Virus record (IMG/VR): IMGVR_UViG_3300045988_105796
Reading direction: 5' to 3' (one strand)
Source: a virus
DNA: 64,000 nucleotides
Part shown: in pieces, positions 9,005 through 18,389 of the stretch
How positions within the stretch are numbered: position 1 is the first letter of the stretch
Layout: every line of letters begins with the position of its first letter
The notes under the pieces: generated by a model
What the model was told of the DNA's origin: nothing
The model's database searches: none
What the model saw: the letters and a program-made list of their open reading frames with translations, nothing else
Translations under genes and position numbers: made by a program

Positions 9005-10109
9005 AATCTCCTGATATATTTTCTACTGGATATAAGTTTTTATCTATACTTTCTAGTAACTTTTTAGTAGTTCCTAAAGTGTTTATACCTTCTTTTCTTA
9101 TTAACTTTCTACGAAGATCATCATTGTCTTCTAATAAAGCCTTAAACTTCTCTGCTCCTCTACATAAAGTTTTACCCTTATAAGTAAATGTACCTGAGTG
9201 AGATTTCTCTACTATACCATCTTCTACTAGAAGTTCATCTAAGAAATGTAAACGATCAAAACCTACTTCATCTACATATTTAGGATTATTATATAAAGGA
9301 GAAGCCTTTAATGTAGGTCCAGGAGGAGCAACTTTATTTTTAATGGTTCTTATTGAAGTTACTCTACCTATCTTCCTTTCTTTACCTTTTACTTTTTTAG
9401 TAATCTGTTTACCTCCATATAAACCTATTCTCAATGAAGCATAGAATCTTAAAGCTTGTCCTCCTGGAGTAGTATCAGGATTTTCAAACATACCTGCTTT
9501 TAGATTCTTTCTTAACTGATTGATGTAAATCTGGGTTATTCCTAAAGAATATAACATTTCATTACGTATACGGAAGAATTTATATATTGCCTTAGCTCTG
9601 TTACCCATATCAGCAGAAGCATTATCCATTTCTGAATCTATATTAGCGTCTGTATCTAAAGCTGATACTGAATCTAATATTAATAGGATTGGCTCATTGT
9701 GAGTTAACTGAGATCTCCAATATAAAGATTGAGCAGCTATCCAGTCAGAAATTTTTTCTATAGAAGTATTTCTATATACTACGATTTTAGATAAATCTAA
9801 GCCGTTAGATTCTGCCCATGAATTAGTAAATACTTGTTCAGCGTCTACCCATAAAACTACTCCACCAAGATATTGAGCACAATATGCAAAATCATAAGCC
9901 ATTAGAGTTTTACCTGAGGATTCTTCTCCAAATAGTTCCATAATTTTACCGTAAGGAATTCCTCCTCCAGTAATCTTATTAAAAGCTAAAAATCTTGAAG
10001 GTAACCAAGGTGATTTAGACTCATCTACCTCTGCTGGTACATATTGACCTGCGAATTTCTTTTGTAATTCTCTTAAAGAAGGTATCTTTATTTTCTTTCT
10101 ACCTGCCAT
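8982..10109 (-). CDS. recA: RecA-like recombinase
   Basis: Walker A ELFGEESSGKTLMAY (RecA GPESSGKTT), Walker B ILLILDSVSALD, and the L2-like region NQLRKNLKAGMFENPDTTPGGQALRFYASLR. Confidence 0.85.
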   Translation of the reverse strand: MAGRKKIKIPSLRELQKKFAGQYVPAEVDESKSPWLPSRFLAFNKITGGGIPYGKIMELFGEESSGKTLMAYDFAYCAQYLGGVVLWVDAEQVFTNSWAESNGLDLSKIVVYRNTSIEKISDWIAAQSLYWRSQLTHNEPILLILDSVSALDTDANIDSEMDNASADMGNRAKAIYKFFRIRNEMLYSLGITQIYINQLRKNLKAGMFENPDTTPGGQALRFYASLRIGLYGGKQITKKVKGKERKIGRVTSIRTIKNKVAPPGPTLKASPLYNNPKYVDEVGFDRLHFLDELLVEDGIVEKSHSGTFTYKGKTLCRGAEKFKALLEDNDDLRRKLIRKEGINTLGTTKKLLESIDKNLYPVENISGDYEEDDDE

Positions 10110-10121
10110 AGTGTATTATCT

Positions 10122-10170
10122 ATAAACAAAATAGGGAAACAGCTACCGATTAAAATAACTATCTCCCTAT
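10122..10170 (-). terminator. Intrinsic terminator between the SSB and RecA genes
   Basis: The minus strand reads ATAGGGAGATAG-loop-CTGTTTCCCTAT (12-bp stem including two G-U pairs) followed by TTTGTTTAT. Confidence 0.5.
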
Positions 10171-10195
10171 CAATTAAACATTATAAACTAACTCA

Positions 10196-10966
10196 TTAAA
10201 TATCGCCATGGCGATTCTTCTTCTTTTTCTTATCCTTTGATGACTTCTTTTTCTTCTTTGGAGTATCATCATCGTCGTCATCGTCATCTGGAGTATTATT
10301 TAAGAACTTATTAAGTTCTTCTTCAATCTCATCGTAAGATTTAACCTGAGATTTTACCATACCCATTAAATCTACTGGCTCAAGAAGTTTCTTATCTACC
10401 TTAGTAGGTTTACAATTACGAACTGAGTATGATGTATCAAATCTACCTGAACCTGAACGATCTATCTTAATATCATAACCATTCTTAGGATCTGTCATAT
10501 CTCCAGCCTCATCCTCATCAAGGTAAAGTTCAATAATATCCTGGTATACAGAAGAAGGAATCATAACCAATCTTGGTTTACTGTCGTAATCTAATTCCTT
10601 ACCCTTTTCATCCTTATATACCAAGCCAGCAATTACATACCTACGTGAAGGAACAAATTTCTTTGCTAACTTCTTATCATCTTCATCCTTTGAATCTTTT
10701 AACTCCTTGTATTTATCCATAACTGGACAAGGTTCATCAAATGAAGCTGGAGAAATGATTGAATGATCTCCGAGGTAGAATCGGATAACTTCTATTCCAA
10801 GTTCCTCATTAGGACCTGCACTTACGATTCTTACTCGTGTAGTACCATTACCTGGGAATACAAAACCATTTCCTGATCCCTTTTCAGCTAGTTTCTTTTT
10901 TCTAGCTAACATCTTCTCTCTAGTAGTTTGACCAGAAGAAGACAACTTCTTTTTTTCTTTTTTCAT
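10196..10966 (-). CDS. T4 gp32-like single-stranded DNA-binding protein
   Basis: GTTRVRIVSAG, CPVMDKY, YVIAGLVY and GYDIKIDRSGSGRFDTSYSV occur in the gp32 order. Acidic tail DDDDDDDD followed by a Lys run. Confidence 0.55.
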   Translation of the reverse strand: MKKEKKKLSSSGQTTREKMLARKKKLAEKGSGNGFVFPGNGTTRVRIVSAGPNEELGIEVIRFYLGDHSIISPASFDEPCPVMDKYKELKDSKDEDDKKLAKKFVPSRRYVIAGLVYKDEKGKELDYDSKPRLVMIPSSVYQDIIELYLDEDEAGDMTDPKNGYDIKIDRSGSGRFDTSYSVRNCKPTKVDKKLLEPVDLMGMVKSQVKSYDEIEEELNKFLNNTPDDDDDDDDTPKKKKKSSKDKKKKKNRHGDI

Positions 10967-10967
10967 C

Positions 10968-11357
10968 TTACTTATTTGGATTGTTTTCTGTAAATAATAC
11001 TTCGTTTAATGATAAGATAGTAAACTTATATTCTCCAATTTCTCCTACAAGGTTTGGATCAAAGCTAACCTCTTTACCAGCGTATTTACCATAAGTAACT
11101 ACCTTACCTACTTTGATAAGATCATAGTAAGTCTTATACTCTTCAGTTATTTCTCCAATAGAGATAATAACTCCTTTATTAGGTATGGTATCTTCTCCAC
11201 GAGAAGCTGGTAAGATTATACCACCACTAACTGTTTCTTGATTATTAGGGCTTAGGATAAGTACCCTATTTTCTGTTAATCTTCCTCCAATACTATGTAT
11301 CTTATCGGAAAGTTTGAAAGCTTCTGTTTCACTTGTAAATTTTAATGGAATGTACAT
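10968..11357 (-). CDS. groES: GroES-like co-chaperonin (Cpn10 fold)
   Basis: TVSGGIILPASRGEDTIPNKGVIISIGE...VGKVVTYGKYAGKEV...EYKFTILSLNEVL is colinear with GroES (mobile loop GGI.LP). About 35 aa N-terminal extension. Confidence 0.7.
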   Translation of the reverse strand: MYIPLKFTSETEAFKLSDKIHSIGGRLTENRVLILSPNNQETVSGGIILPASRGEDTIPNKGVIISIGEITEEYKTYYDLIKVGKVVTYGKYAGKEVSFDPNLVGEIGEYKFTILSLNEVLFTENNPNK

Positions 11358-11362
11358 GTTGT

Positions 11363-11374
11363 TTTTAATGTTTA
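11363..11374 (-). promoter_or_regulatory. Recurrent leader motif TAAACATTAAAA (copy upstream of the GroES-like gene)
   Basis: The minus strand reads GTTAAACATTAAAAACAAC-ATG. The same 12-mer occurs upstream of 47314 and 49746, with a variant upstream of 43291. Confidence 0.3.
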
Positions 11375-11414
11375 ACGTTGTTATTTTTAACCTTGTATAT
11401 TCAAATAGTAAAGG

Positions 11415-11831
11415 CTATTGCTTTCTTAGATTTGCAGATAAAGTCCTGATCACATTCTCTCTACTTTCATAAGCTTTACATAGAGAAATGAATTGAGCAG
11501 CTTTTTCTGCCATTTTTAAGTAAGCATTAAACCTAGATATATACTTATGATTAGTATTTGCCTTGTTAGATACATAATCATTATTCCACTGAGGATTAGC
11601 ATTCTTATAAAAGTTCCATGCTTCACTATAGGCTACATCCTTTTCTTTTGCTAGTTCTTCTCTTCTACGTATATATTTATCACGAATATTGCATAGAATA
11701 AAATAACTAGAAGGTATATCTCTTAATTGAGAATCTAACCTATTTTTATCTATAGATAATTCCTTTTGAATATCTATGATAATTTCTTTACCTTGATATT
11801 TAACCTTTACAGGTTTTATATTGATATCCAT
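11415..11831 (-). CDS. Hypothetical protein
   Basis: ORF track; tightly packed in the replication module. No family recognised. Confidence 0.5.
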   Translation of the reverse strand: MDINIKPVKVKYQGKEIIIDIQKELSIDKNRLDSQLRDIPSSYFILCNIRDKYIRRREELAKEKDVAYSEAWNFYKNANPQWNNDYVSNKANTNHKYISRFNAYLKMAEKAAQFISLCKAYESRENVIRTLSANLRKQ

Positions 11832-11832
11832 A

Positions 11833-12372
11833 CTACTTTATCTTAAGTAACTGACTTTTCTTACCATCTTCGTGTACCAACATAATATTACCTTGTTGAT
11901 CTACGTGTAAGAATTTACTCCTTTTAGCAAATTCTAATATTTCCCTAAAAGCCATGTTTTCTTTTACATCCTTGAAAGGGAAGTTCATCAGTCCTTTATA
12001 CTTATCAAGTAAGTGATATAGATTATACAACCTATACAAGGATACTTCATCTAAACCTGCCTTATCTACTATCTGCATAAATAAAGCAAAGTATACATGT
12101 AAGGTATCCTCAAATTTAGAAGAATCTACCTCATTCATAGTTAGTACAGATTTTTTATTTAATTCTTCTACTAACCAGATAAGTTTATTAAGAGTTCTCC
12201 TTATCTCCTTTACTATCTGTTTATTAGATTGAACTAAATCTAAACTAGCCCAATCCATAGCTTTCTCTGCTTGCTCAAAACCTTGAGCTGCTGCTCCAGC
12301 TAAGATATAAGCTAAGTTTAATTTTCTATTAGCCCATGTCCTAGCATTGATTATAGCTTTATCTTCTGCCAT
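11833..12372 (-). CDS. Hypothetical protein
   Basis: ORF track. No family recognised. Confidence 0.5.
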   Translation of the reverse strand: MAEDKAIINARTWANRKLNLAYILAGAAAQGFEQAEKAMDWASLDLVQSNKQIVKEIRRTLNKLIWLVEELNKKSVLTMNEVDSSKFEDTLHVYFALFMQIVDKAGLDEVSLYRLYNLYHLLDKYKGLMNFPFKDVKENMAFREILEFAKRSKFLHVDQQGNIMLVHEDGKKSQLLKIK

Positions 12373-12389
12373 TTGTTATAATATTTTAA

Positions 12390-12596
12390 TTATAAAGATA
12401 TAGTTTCTGATCTTTTTCCCTTTATACATTTCATACTATTCTCATGAGGTAGTAAGTTTTTACAACTGGGACAAGGTATATACCTATGTAAAAAATCCCT
12501 CATAAAGTAAGTATCTTCAAGCTGATACTCAAAATTCTTATCGCAGTAAGGACAAATCATAATATATTTATCCAAGCTTCTTGTAATATGCTTCAT
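12390..12596 (-). CDS. Small zinc-ribbon protein
   Basis: Two CxxC pairs (CPYC ... CPSC). Its start overlaps the 3' end of the polymerase gene by 29 nt. Confidence 0.45.
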   Translation of the reverse strand: MKHITRSLDKYIMICPYCDKNFEYQLEDTYFMRDFLHRYIPCPSCKNLLPHENSMKCIKGKRSETISL

Positions 12597-14838
12597 ATTC
12601 TTTGAATTGTTTCTTAAATACTTTAGGGAAATCCTTGATAGATATATTTTTATATTTCATATATTGCTTATGAAAATCCTCCTCATTGTATTCTCCATTC
12701 AATAGCTTATTATAATCATATAAAGGTACAAAAGGTAACTCTTCTGCCATTGTTCTACCTATTTCAAAATCCATTGACATGTCTACGTCATTGATTTGAA
12801 AACCAAAATATTCTTTAGTTTTAGGGTTTCTAAATATATTCCACATGTGATATACTGTGTATATATTTATATCATTTGGCTTAGTGTTAAAATAGTTAGC
12901 GTCATGTACCAAGCATACTGAATCCATCTGAGGGAATTTCCTCTGTCTCATTGACCAATATAATAATATAGATCCAAATAAACACATGTCAGAAGCAGCT
13001 GATTGACAAGGAGCGTTTACAGATAATCTTATAGCATAAGCTACTTCAGATCTATCTTCTGAAAATACTTGGGGCAATCTTCTTTTTCTTCCAAATAAAC
13101 TAGATATATAACCTTGTTTTTTAAGAACCTTCTCCTGATGTTTCATGAATTTCTTTATCTTAGGATGTTCCTCAAAAAATTCATTTAATTGTTGTTGAGC
13201 TTCATCGGGTGTTACTATTAAACCTGCCTTAGGATCAGATAACTTTTCTGATAAAAGTTTAGCTTGTATACCATAGATAATACCGAAAGCAATTTGCTTA
13301 GCCTGTTTACGTCTAGTGCTCCATATTTTATGTTCTGGATTATTCTCATCATCTTTTGCTGCAAGAGCTACTTCATAGGGTACTCCGTATTTCTTTGCTG
13401 CAATAGCTAAGTGAGGATCTTGATTTTCTGCAAAAGCTTTAAGATAAGTTTCATCTCCAGATAAGTGAGCCATGATTCTTAACTCTGCCTGTGAAAAGTC
13501 CATTGCAAAGTATAAAGTACCAGGGTTAGCTACCAACTGTTTCTTAATATTAGGGTCTACAGAAGTTTTAGGTATTTGCTGCATATTAGGTTCTGAAGAT
13601 GAAAGTCTACCACTAGTAGTTCCAATGATATTGAATTTACCATGTAGCTTAGAATCATCCTGTACCTTTTCATTCCAACCTTCTATGTAGGTCTTATACA
13701 TTTTCTCCAATCCTCTCAACTCTAACAAAGTATCAAGGAAGATTGCTTTTGGAGACTTAGGATCTTTTACAGTTAATCTTAATTCTACTAAAGCATCCTC
13801 TGCTGTAGATCTACCTCCATTATCTGTATACTGAGTACATTCGAAATTAAATCCATCATATATCAAAGCTGGTAAGTCTCTATTACTGTTTAGATTTAGA
13901 GGATTGATTAAAGCTTTCTCAGTTTTAGTAGTAAATACTCCTGCTAATATGTTTTCTATTTTCTTTTCTCTACTAGCAATTTTTCTTTCACTACCAGGTA
14001 TTTCTTCTAATTGAGATATTTCATCTCTTAGTTTTTCTAAATAGGTATCTATTCTTTTCTGAATATATTTTTTAGTAAACTTCTTAACCCTTGGTAAATT
14101 ATATATTACCTCATAAGCATTATTTATCTTAGGTTTATAAGTTTCTAATAATTCCTGATTGAAAGCTCTATCCAGATATAAACCATTCTTCTCTACAGTT
14201 TGTAATACCCTACTAGCAGGCATTATCATATTACGGAAAAGATTATACATATCCTTTTCTATAATCATTCTTTCGAAGAATATAGATAATCTGAAAGTAT
14301 AATCGGTATCTTGACAACCATATTGACATAGAGGTTCTAATGGTTTTTGATCCCAAGGTATCTTATCAAAACCCTTTTCACTTTCATAGTTAGCAGCCCA
14401 TGGTAAATATCTTTTTACCATATCTTTCAAACCATTTGGACGTTCTTCATTAAGAACATATTTAGCAAGCATACCATCTATCAAAGTACCTCTTAGATAT
14501 ATACCATATTTTTCAAATATCTGTAAATCGAATTTAGCATTCCAAGCAATTTTAACGATATTCTTATTTTCAATTACTTCATGACCAAATCTTTTTAGAG
14601 CCTTTAACCAATTCCATGTTCTATCAGTGTATTTCTTAGTTTCAAAATGATGTAAAGGTATTGAACATCCAAAACCTGGCATACAAGTTACTGATAATAT
14701 GGTAGGCTTGAAATCCTTCTTATATATACCTTCTGCATTAGTCTCAAAGTCAATACAAGCATATCTAGTAGACTTACATAATTCTATAAGCCTATCTAAG
14801 TCTTTATATGATTTGATTATTTTATATTTAGTTCTCAT
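12568..14838 (-). CDS. polA: Family-A DNA polymerase with 3'-5' exonuclease domain
   Basis: Exo I CIDFETN. Motif A YFAMDFSQAELRIMAH. Motif B RRKQAKQIAFGIIYG. Motif C VCLVHDA. Confidence 0.9.
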   Translation of the reverse strand: MRTKYKIIKSYKDLDRLIELCKSTRYACIDFETNAEGIYKKDFKPTILSVTCMPGFGCSIPLHHFETKKYTDRTWNWLKALKRFGHEVIENKNIVKIAWNAKFDLQIFEKYGIYLRGTLIDGMLAKYVLNEERPNGLKDMVKRYLPWAANYESEKGFDKIPWDQKPLEPLCQYGCQDTDYTFRLSIFFERMIIEKDMYNLFRNMIMPASRVLQTVEKNGLYLDRAFNQELLETYKPKINNAYEVIYNLPRVKKFTKKYIQKRIDTYLEKLRDEISQLEEIPGSERKIASREKKIENILAGVFTTKTEKALINPLNLNSNRDLPALIYDGFNFECTQYTDNGGRSTAEDALVELRLTVKDPKSPKAIFLDTLLELRGLEKMYKTYIEGWNEKVQDDSKLHGKFNIIGTTSGRLSSSEPNMQQIPKTSVDPNIKKQLVANPGTLYFAMDFSQAELRIMAHLSGDETYLKAFAENQDPHLAIAAKKYGVPYEVALAAKDDENNPEHKIWSTRRKQAKQIAFGIIYGIQAKLLSEKLSDPKAGLIVTPDEAQQQLNEFFEEHPKIKKFMKHQEKVLKKQGYISSLFGRKRRLPQVFSEDRSEVAYAIRLSVNAPCQSAASDMCLFGSILLYWSMRQRKFPQMDSVCLVHDANYFNTKPNDINIYTVYHMWNIFRNPKTKEYFGFQINDVDMSMDFEIGRTMAEELPFVPLYDYNKLLNGEYNEEDFHKQYMKYKNISIKDFPKVFKKQFKEYEAYYKKLG

Positions 14839-14860
14839 CTCTACATATTACTAAAGATTA

Positions 14861-14903
14861 AAAATAAAAACGGGTATACCTAATATCACTACTAAGTATA
14901 CCC
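14861..14903 (-). terminator. Intrinsic terminator after the ThyA-like gene
   Basis: The minus strand reads GGGTATAC-16 nt loop-GTATACCC followed by GTTTTTATTTTT. Confidence 0.6.
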
Positions 14904-14933
14904 TACCGAATAATAACTAATGAGCCACGAACA

Positions 14934-15683
14934 TTATACCTTATCCTTCATAAGATCATCTATAGATGATTTTAATAAAGGCCAGTCTTTCTTGTAACAA
15001 TGAAGAGAATCTATAGTATGAATGAGCATACCTGGTTTAACTCCTACCTTCTCTGCTACATATTCCATCATACACCATGCAAGATATACATCATCTCCAA
15101 AATGTTGAACAAAATCTGAACTTCTCTGATGATAAGTAAGATTTAATCTTCCTTCTCTAACAAAGAAACCATAATATACTGAACAAGGGATTCTCTTATT
15201 ACCTTCATAATAATTACAATCATTTCCAGTAAATATAGGGAGAACTGCTTTACGAGTATCTGGATCTGTTTTTAGCAATTCAATAACTGCTTCAAGAGCT
15301 GTAAGATTTTCTCCTCTGTATTTTACAAATCTATTGATACGATCTGCATAAGTATAATCGAATTTACCTTGTTTATCCAAGAATTGTTCCCACATATCTT
15401 TTCTTTCAAGATAAGCAGTTCCAGGATTAACTGGATGACCACTGATTCTCTCTTTGAATTCCATCTCTGCCCATTTCTTAGCATGAGTGAAAACAAATAG
15501 GTATTCTACATCAGGTAGATTTGTAATACAGTACTGTTTACAAAATTCTTCCTTAGTAATAAAATCTTCATTACCCTCGATCACTTTGTTCTGATAGGTT
15601 TTAGGTTTAACCTCTGTACCCATTTCCCAAAGATCTCTGCTCATCTCTGACATGAGCTCTCTTGCATTACTATAAATACGCAT
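14934..15683 (-). CDS. Thymidylate-synthase (ThyA) family enzyme with Asp at the Asn177-equivalent position: dCMP hydroxymethylase/methylase-like
   Basis: LLKTDPDTRKAV...IPCSVYYGFFVREGRLNLTYHQRSSDFVQHFGDDV aligns without gaps to E. coli ThyA LKNDPDSRRII...[35 protein letters not shown]. Cys146, Arg166, Ser167 and Asp169 are kept; Asn177 is replaced by Asp. Confidence 0.7.
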   Translation of the reverse strand: MRIYSNARELMSEMSRDLWEMGTEVKPKTYQNKVIEGNEDFITKEEFCKQYCITNLPDVEYLFVFTHAKKWAEMEFKERISGHPVNPGTAYLERKDMWEQFLDKQGKFDYTYADRINRFVKYRGENLTALEAVIELLKTDPDTRKAVLPIFTGNDCNYYEGNKRIPCSVYYGFFVREGRLNLTYHQRSSDFVQHFGDDVYLAWCMMEYVAEKVGVKPGMLIHTIDSLHCYKKDWPLLKSSIDDLMKDKV

Positions 15684-15720
15684 GTTTATTAATATTTAAT
15701 TGTTATATTCTTTTATAGAA

Positions 15721-16653
15721 TTAGCCTTTTCTATGTAGCTTAGCTAAATACTTCTTCTTATATTTCTTTCTCTGAGAATAAGTTATACAATTCTCTGGAT
15801 ATTCAATATCGTCATTTTCTATAACCAAATCTTTAGCTAGTAAAGGCTTATACTCAAATAAATCTGGACGCATTACCTTGAAACTTCTTAGGAATACCTT
15901 ATAAGTAGAGAATTCCTTCTCAGTACCTTTCATGAACTTATCATATACTTCTTTTATTCGGGTATACCATTCAGTGGTTTTATCCATCTTCTTAGTAACC
16001 TTCTTAAAAGATTTATGACCTCCACAGTACATAAGTAATGTTTCTATATTACCATACATCTGAGTAGCAAATATGTTGATCTGTACTCTCTGATCTTTAC
16101 CATAAACATATTCTGCCATTCTTTGTATTAGCAAGAGATCAAACATCAATCTCTTAGTAATCTCAGAAGCTCTCAGTACCATAGTAATAACTGGTATATC
16201 TTCTGAAAATCTCTTACTAAAGGTAGCAGCTAATAAGCATTGCTTACCATTATTATGTTTATTGTGGAAGAGGAATGATACATTGTAGTTTTGATTATAT
16301 CCTACAGTCTTCATCTTTATCTGAGACTTCAATAGATCTAACTGATTAAAGTCTAAGTAATTGTTTAAGAGTACGGTCCATTTTGATTGTGTGTAATTAA
16401 AATGGCGACCAAAATCGAAACTAGGATCAACCCAAGCATTTCTAATTTTAATGAATATGTTATATACTACTGCTACACCTGCATTAGCCACAGCTCCCTT
16501 GTTAAAGAGCTGTGGATCTAATGTTATAAAACCTTCGTTTAACTTCTCCCATGCTTCAGTAGAGGTAGCAAACTCTAAATCATGTACATGTTCAGAAGCA
16601 TCAAAGGTCATGTTCTCAAATTTTTTATTCCATCCTCCCATATTAATAACCAC
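15721..16653 (-). CDS. Hypothetical protein, possibly a second divergent ThyA-fold paralogue
   Basis: GKQCLLAATFSKRFSEDIPVITMVLRASEITKRLMFDLLLIQRMAEYV is colinear with the ThyA PCH...[13 protein letters not shown] core if a 2-aa insertion is allowed. It again gives Phe-Asp at positions 176-177. By-eye match only. Confidence 0.35.
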   Translation of the reverse strand: MVINMGGWNKKFENMTFDASEHVHDLEFATSTEAWEKLNEGFITLDPQLFNKGAVANAGVAVVYNIFIKIRNAWVDPSFDFGRHFNYTQSKWTVLLNNYLDFNQLDLLKSQIKMKTVGYNQNYNVSFLFHNKHNNGKQCLLAATFSKRFSEDIPVITMVLRASEITKRLMFDLLLIQRMAEYVYGKDQRVQINIFATQMYGNIETLLMYCGGHKSFKKVTKKMDKTTEWYTRIKEVYDKFMKGTEKEFSTYKVFLRSFKVMRPDLFEYKPLLAKDLVIENDDIEYPENCITYSQRKKYKKKYLAKLHRKG

Positions 16654-17536
16654 TATTTTGACGGAAATGATTTACTCTGTTTTTCTTAAAACATAGAGTA
16701 TACAAAGTCTTAGGAATAAATCCCATTGTATAGAGATAACCCAGGTACTTAATTAATCCCAATGCTAATTGTTCACTATATCTAGTGATATCTGTTAATT
16801 CCTGTGACTGTTTCCAAGGTTTATTCTTTAAGAAGTTTCTAGATATATTAATATGGTATGCTACTCCCCACAACATATGATCTTCGCAACGATGAAAATC
16901 TTTATTGCTAAATCTAAAAGCAGGTATATATGAATTTACATGATCTACATCTAAGCCCATATCTTCAATATTAGCTTCGCTTAGAAGATTATATCGGTAG
17001 TCCATATCTTCTAATTCTTCTTCTTTACCTTCAAGATCAAACATATAACTACCTAATAACATTAGATCAAGCATATTCTCAACTTTATCTCTGTTAATTC
17101 TAGCTACTAAATCCTTTAATTTAGCATTAGCATAGTTATAAATATCTTTAATCTCAAGATTAGCATACATCAACAAAGCCATATAAAAAGCCATAGCATC
17201 TGCCTGCTCTTCATTGGAATTCTGAAGATTATTAGCTACCATTTGCCATTCAGAATCACTAAAGGTTTGGTTATTAAAACCATGATCTTGATACATATCA
17301 ATAACTGCAGAAGTAGATTCATAACCCTCTGCTGTTTCCTCAATTACTCTTGCAGAAAAATCCTTTAGTACCTGTTGACCTTTGAAAGTATTAATATCAA
17401 TAGGAGGTAGTGGTAGATCTTTTTCGATCTTACCACAATATCCTTGCAATAGTTCAGCCTCTAGATTATATATAGCTTCTAAATAAGCTTCCTTTTCTAC
17501 TACTGTAGGTATTTCTCTAATATTTCTAATATCCAT
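16643..17536 (-). CDS. All-alpha NTP pyrophosphohydrolase (MazG / dimeric dUTPase-dCTPase-like)
   Basis: LKDFSARVIEETAEGYES and NSNEEQADAMAFYMALLMYANLE fit the paired E..E / E..D metal-binding helices of MazG-like enzymes. Confidence 0.5.
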   Translation of the reverse strand: MDIRNIREIPTVVEKEAYLEAIYNLEAELLQGYCGKIEKDLPLPPIDINTFKGQQVLKDFSARVIEETAEGYESTSAVIDMYQDHGFNNQTFSDSEWQMVANNLQNSNEEQADAMAFYMALLMYANLEIKDIYNYANAKLKDLVARINRDKVENMLDLMLLGSYMFDLEGKEEELEDMDYRYNLLSEANIEDMGLDVDHVNSYIPAFRFSNKDFHRCEDHMLWGVAYHINISRNFLKNKPWKQSQELTDITRYSEQLALGLIKYLGYLYTMGFIPKTLYTLCFKKNRVNHFRQNSGY

Positions 17537-17539
17537 AGT

Positions 17540-18121
17540 TTAATCTCCCTCTATATCGCTTGGATGAGTTGGTTCATATGTTCTACCTCCTTTATCACCA
17601 GAGCCAAATCCATTAGTACCTCTAGTTCCCCAATTCTTTGATTCCTTTTCATAGGTATCATTATCTATCTCTTCTGGATTTGTAAGATAGATAGGAGTAT
17701 GAATCATCTGTACCAAAGGTTCTCCAGCATTTATAGTTACTACTTGAGATGAGGTATTATAAACTGCCAAGTTATATTCACCTACATAAGGAGAATCACA
17801 AATCTGAGCAGTAAAGATCAAACCTAATTTAGTAGATTTGCCAGATTTATTAGCTACCATCATCATTGAATCTTTTGGCTCTAATAAACCCCTAATACCT
17901 GAAGGAATCTTAATCCTTGACTGTGGTTTAAGGTGAATCATAGTAACCTTTCCACCTTTTATACTAATGTTGAAAGCAGAAGGATCTGGATTTGCTTCAA
18001 ACAAGTCTCCAATAGTTAAATCAGTTGGTACATAGAAGTCTAAACCAGCATCTCCTTCATTGTGACGAGTTGGTGATTTAACCTCTCTTACTTTTGTAAA
18101 TCTAAATTTTGTTGTTGACAT
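17540..18121 (-). CDS. dut: Trimeric dUTPase
   Basis: Motif 1 DAGLDFYVP. Motif 3 QICDSPYVGEYNLAVYN. Motif 5 GTRGTNGFGSGDKG. Confidence 0.85.
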   Translation of the reverse strand: MSTTKFRFTKVREVKSPTRHNEGDAGLDFYVPTDLTIGDLFEANPDPSAFNISIKGGKVTMIHLKPQSRIKIPSGIRGLLEPKDSMMMVANKSGKSTKLGLIFTAQICDSPYVGEYNLAVYNTSSQVVTINAGEPLVQMIHTPIYLTNPEEIDNDTYEKESKNWGTRGTNGFGSGDKGGRTYEPTHPSDIEGD

Positions 18122-18389
18122 AATAATATATTATTTGATGTAAAACGTCTCCATAGGTAAGTTCATCTATCTCTTTATATGTAATAGGTATAAAATCTTC
18201 AGTACCTACGATTTCTTCTAGTTTCTTATTTATATTTTTAATAAAACTACTAACGTCAGTTTTCTTCATAAATACTTTGATAAGTATATCAGATTGCTGA
18301 ACCATGTAGTTTGGATTATTCAAATACCTACAGAATAGATACCAGATATATGGTATCATTTCCTTTATTAGTCCTTCTTGTTTATTCAT
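18102..18389 (-). CDS. Hypothetical protein
   Basis: ORF track; overlaps both neighbouring genes by a few codons. Confidence 0.5.
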   Translation of the reverse strand: MNKQEGLIKEMIPYIWYLFCRYLNNPNYMVQQSDILIKVFMKKTDVSSFIKNINKKLEEIVGTEDFIPITYKEIDELTYGDVLHQIIYYYVNNKI

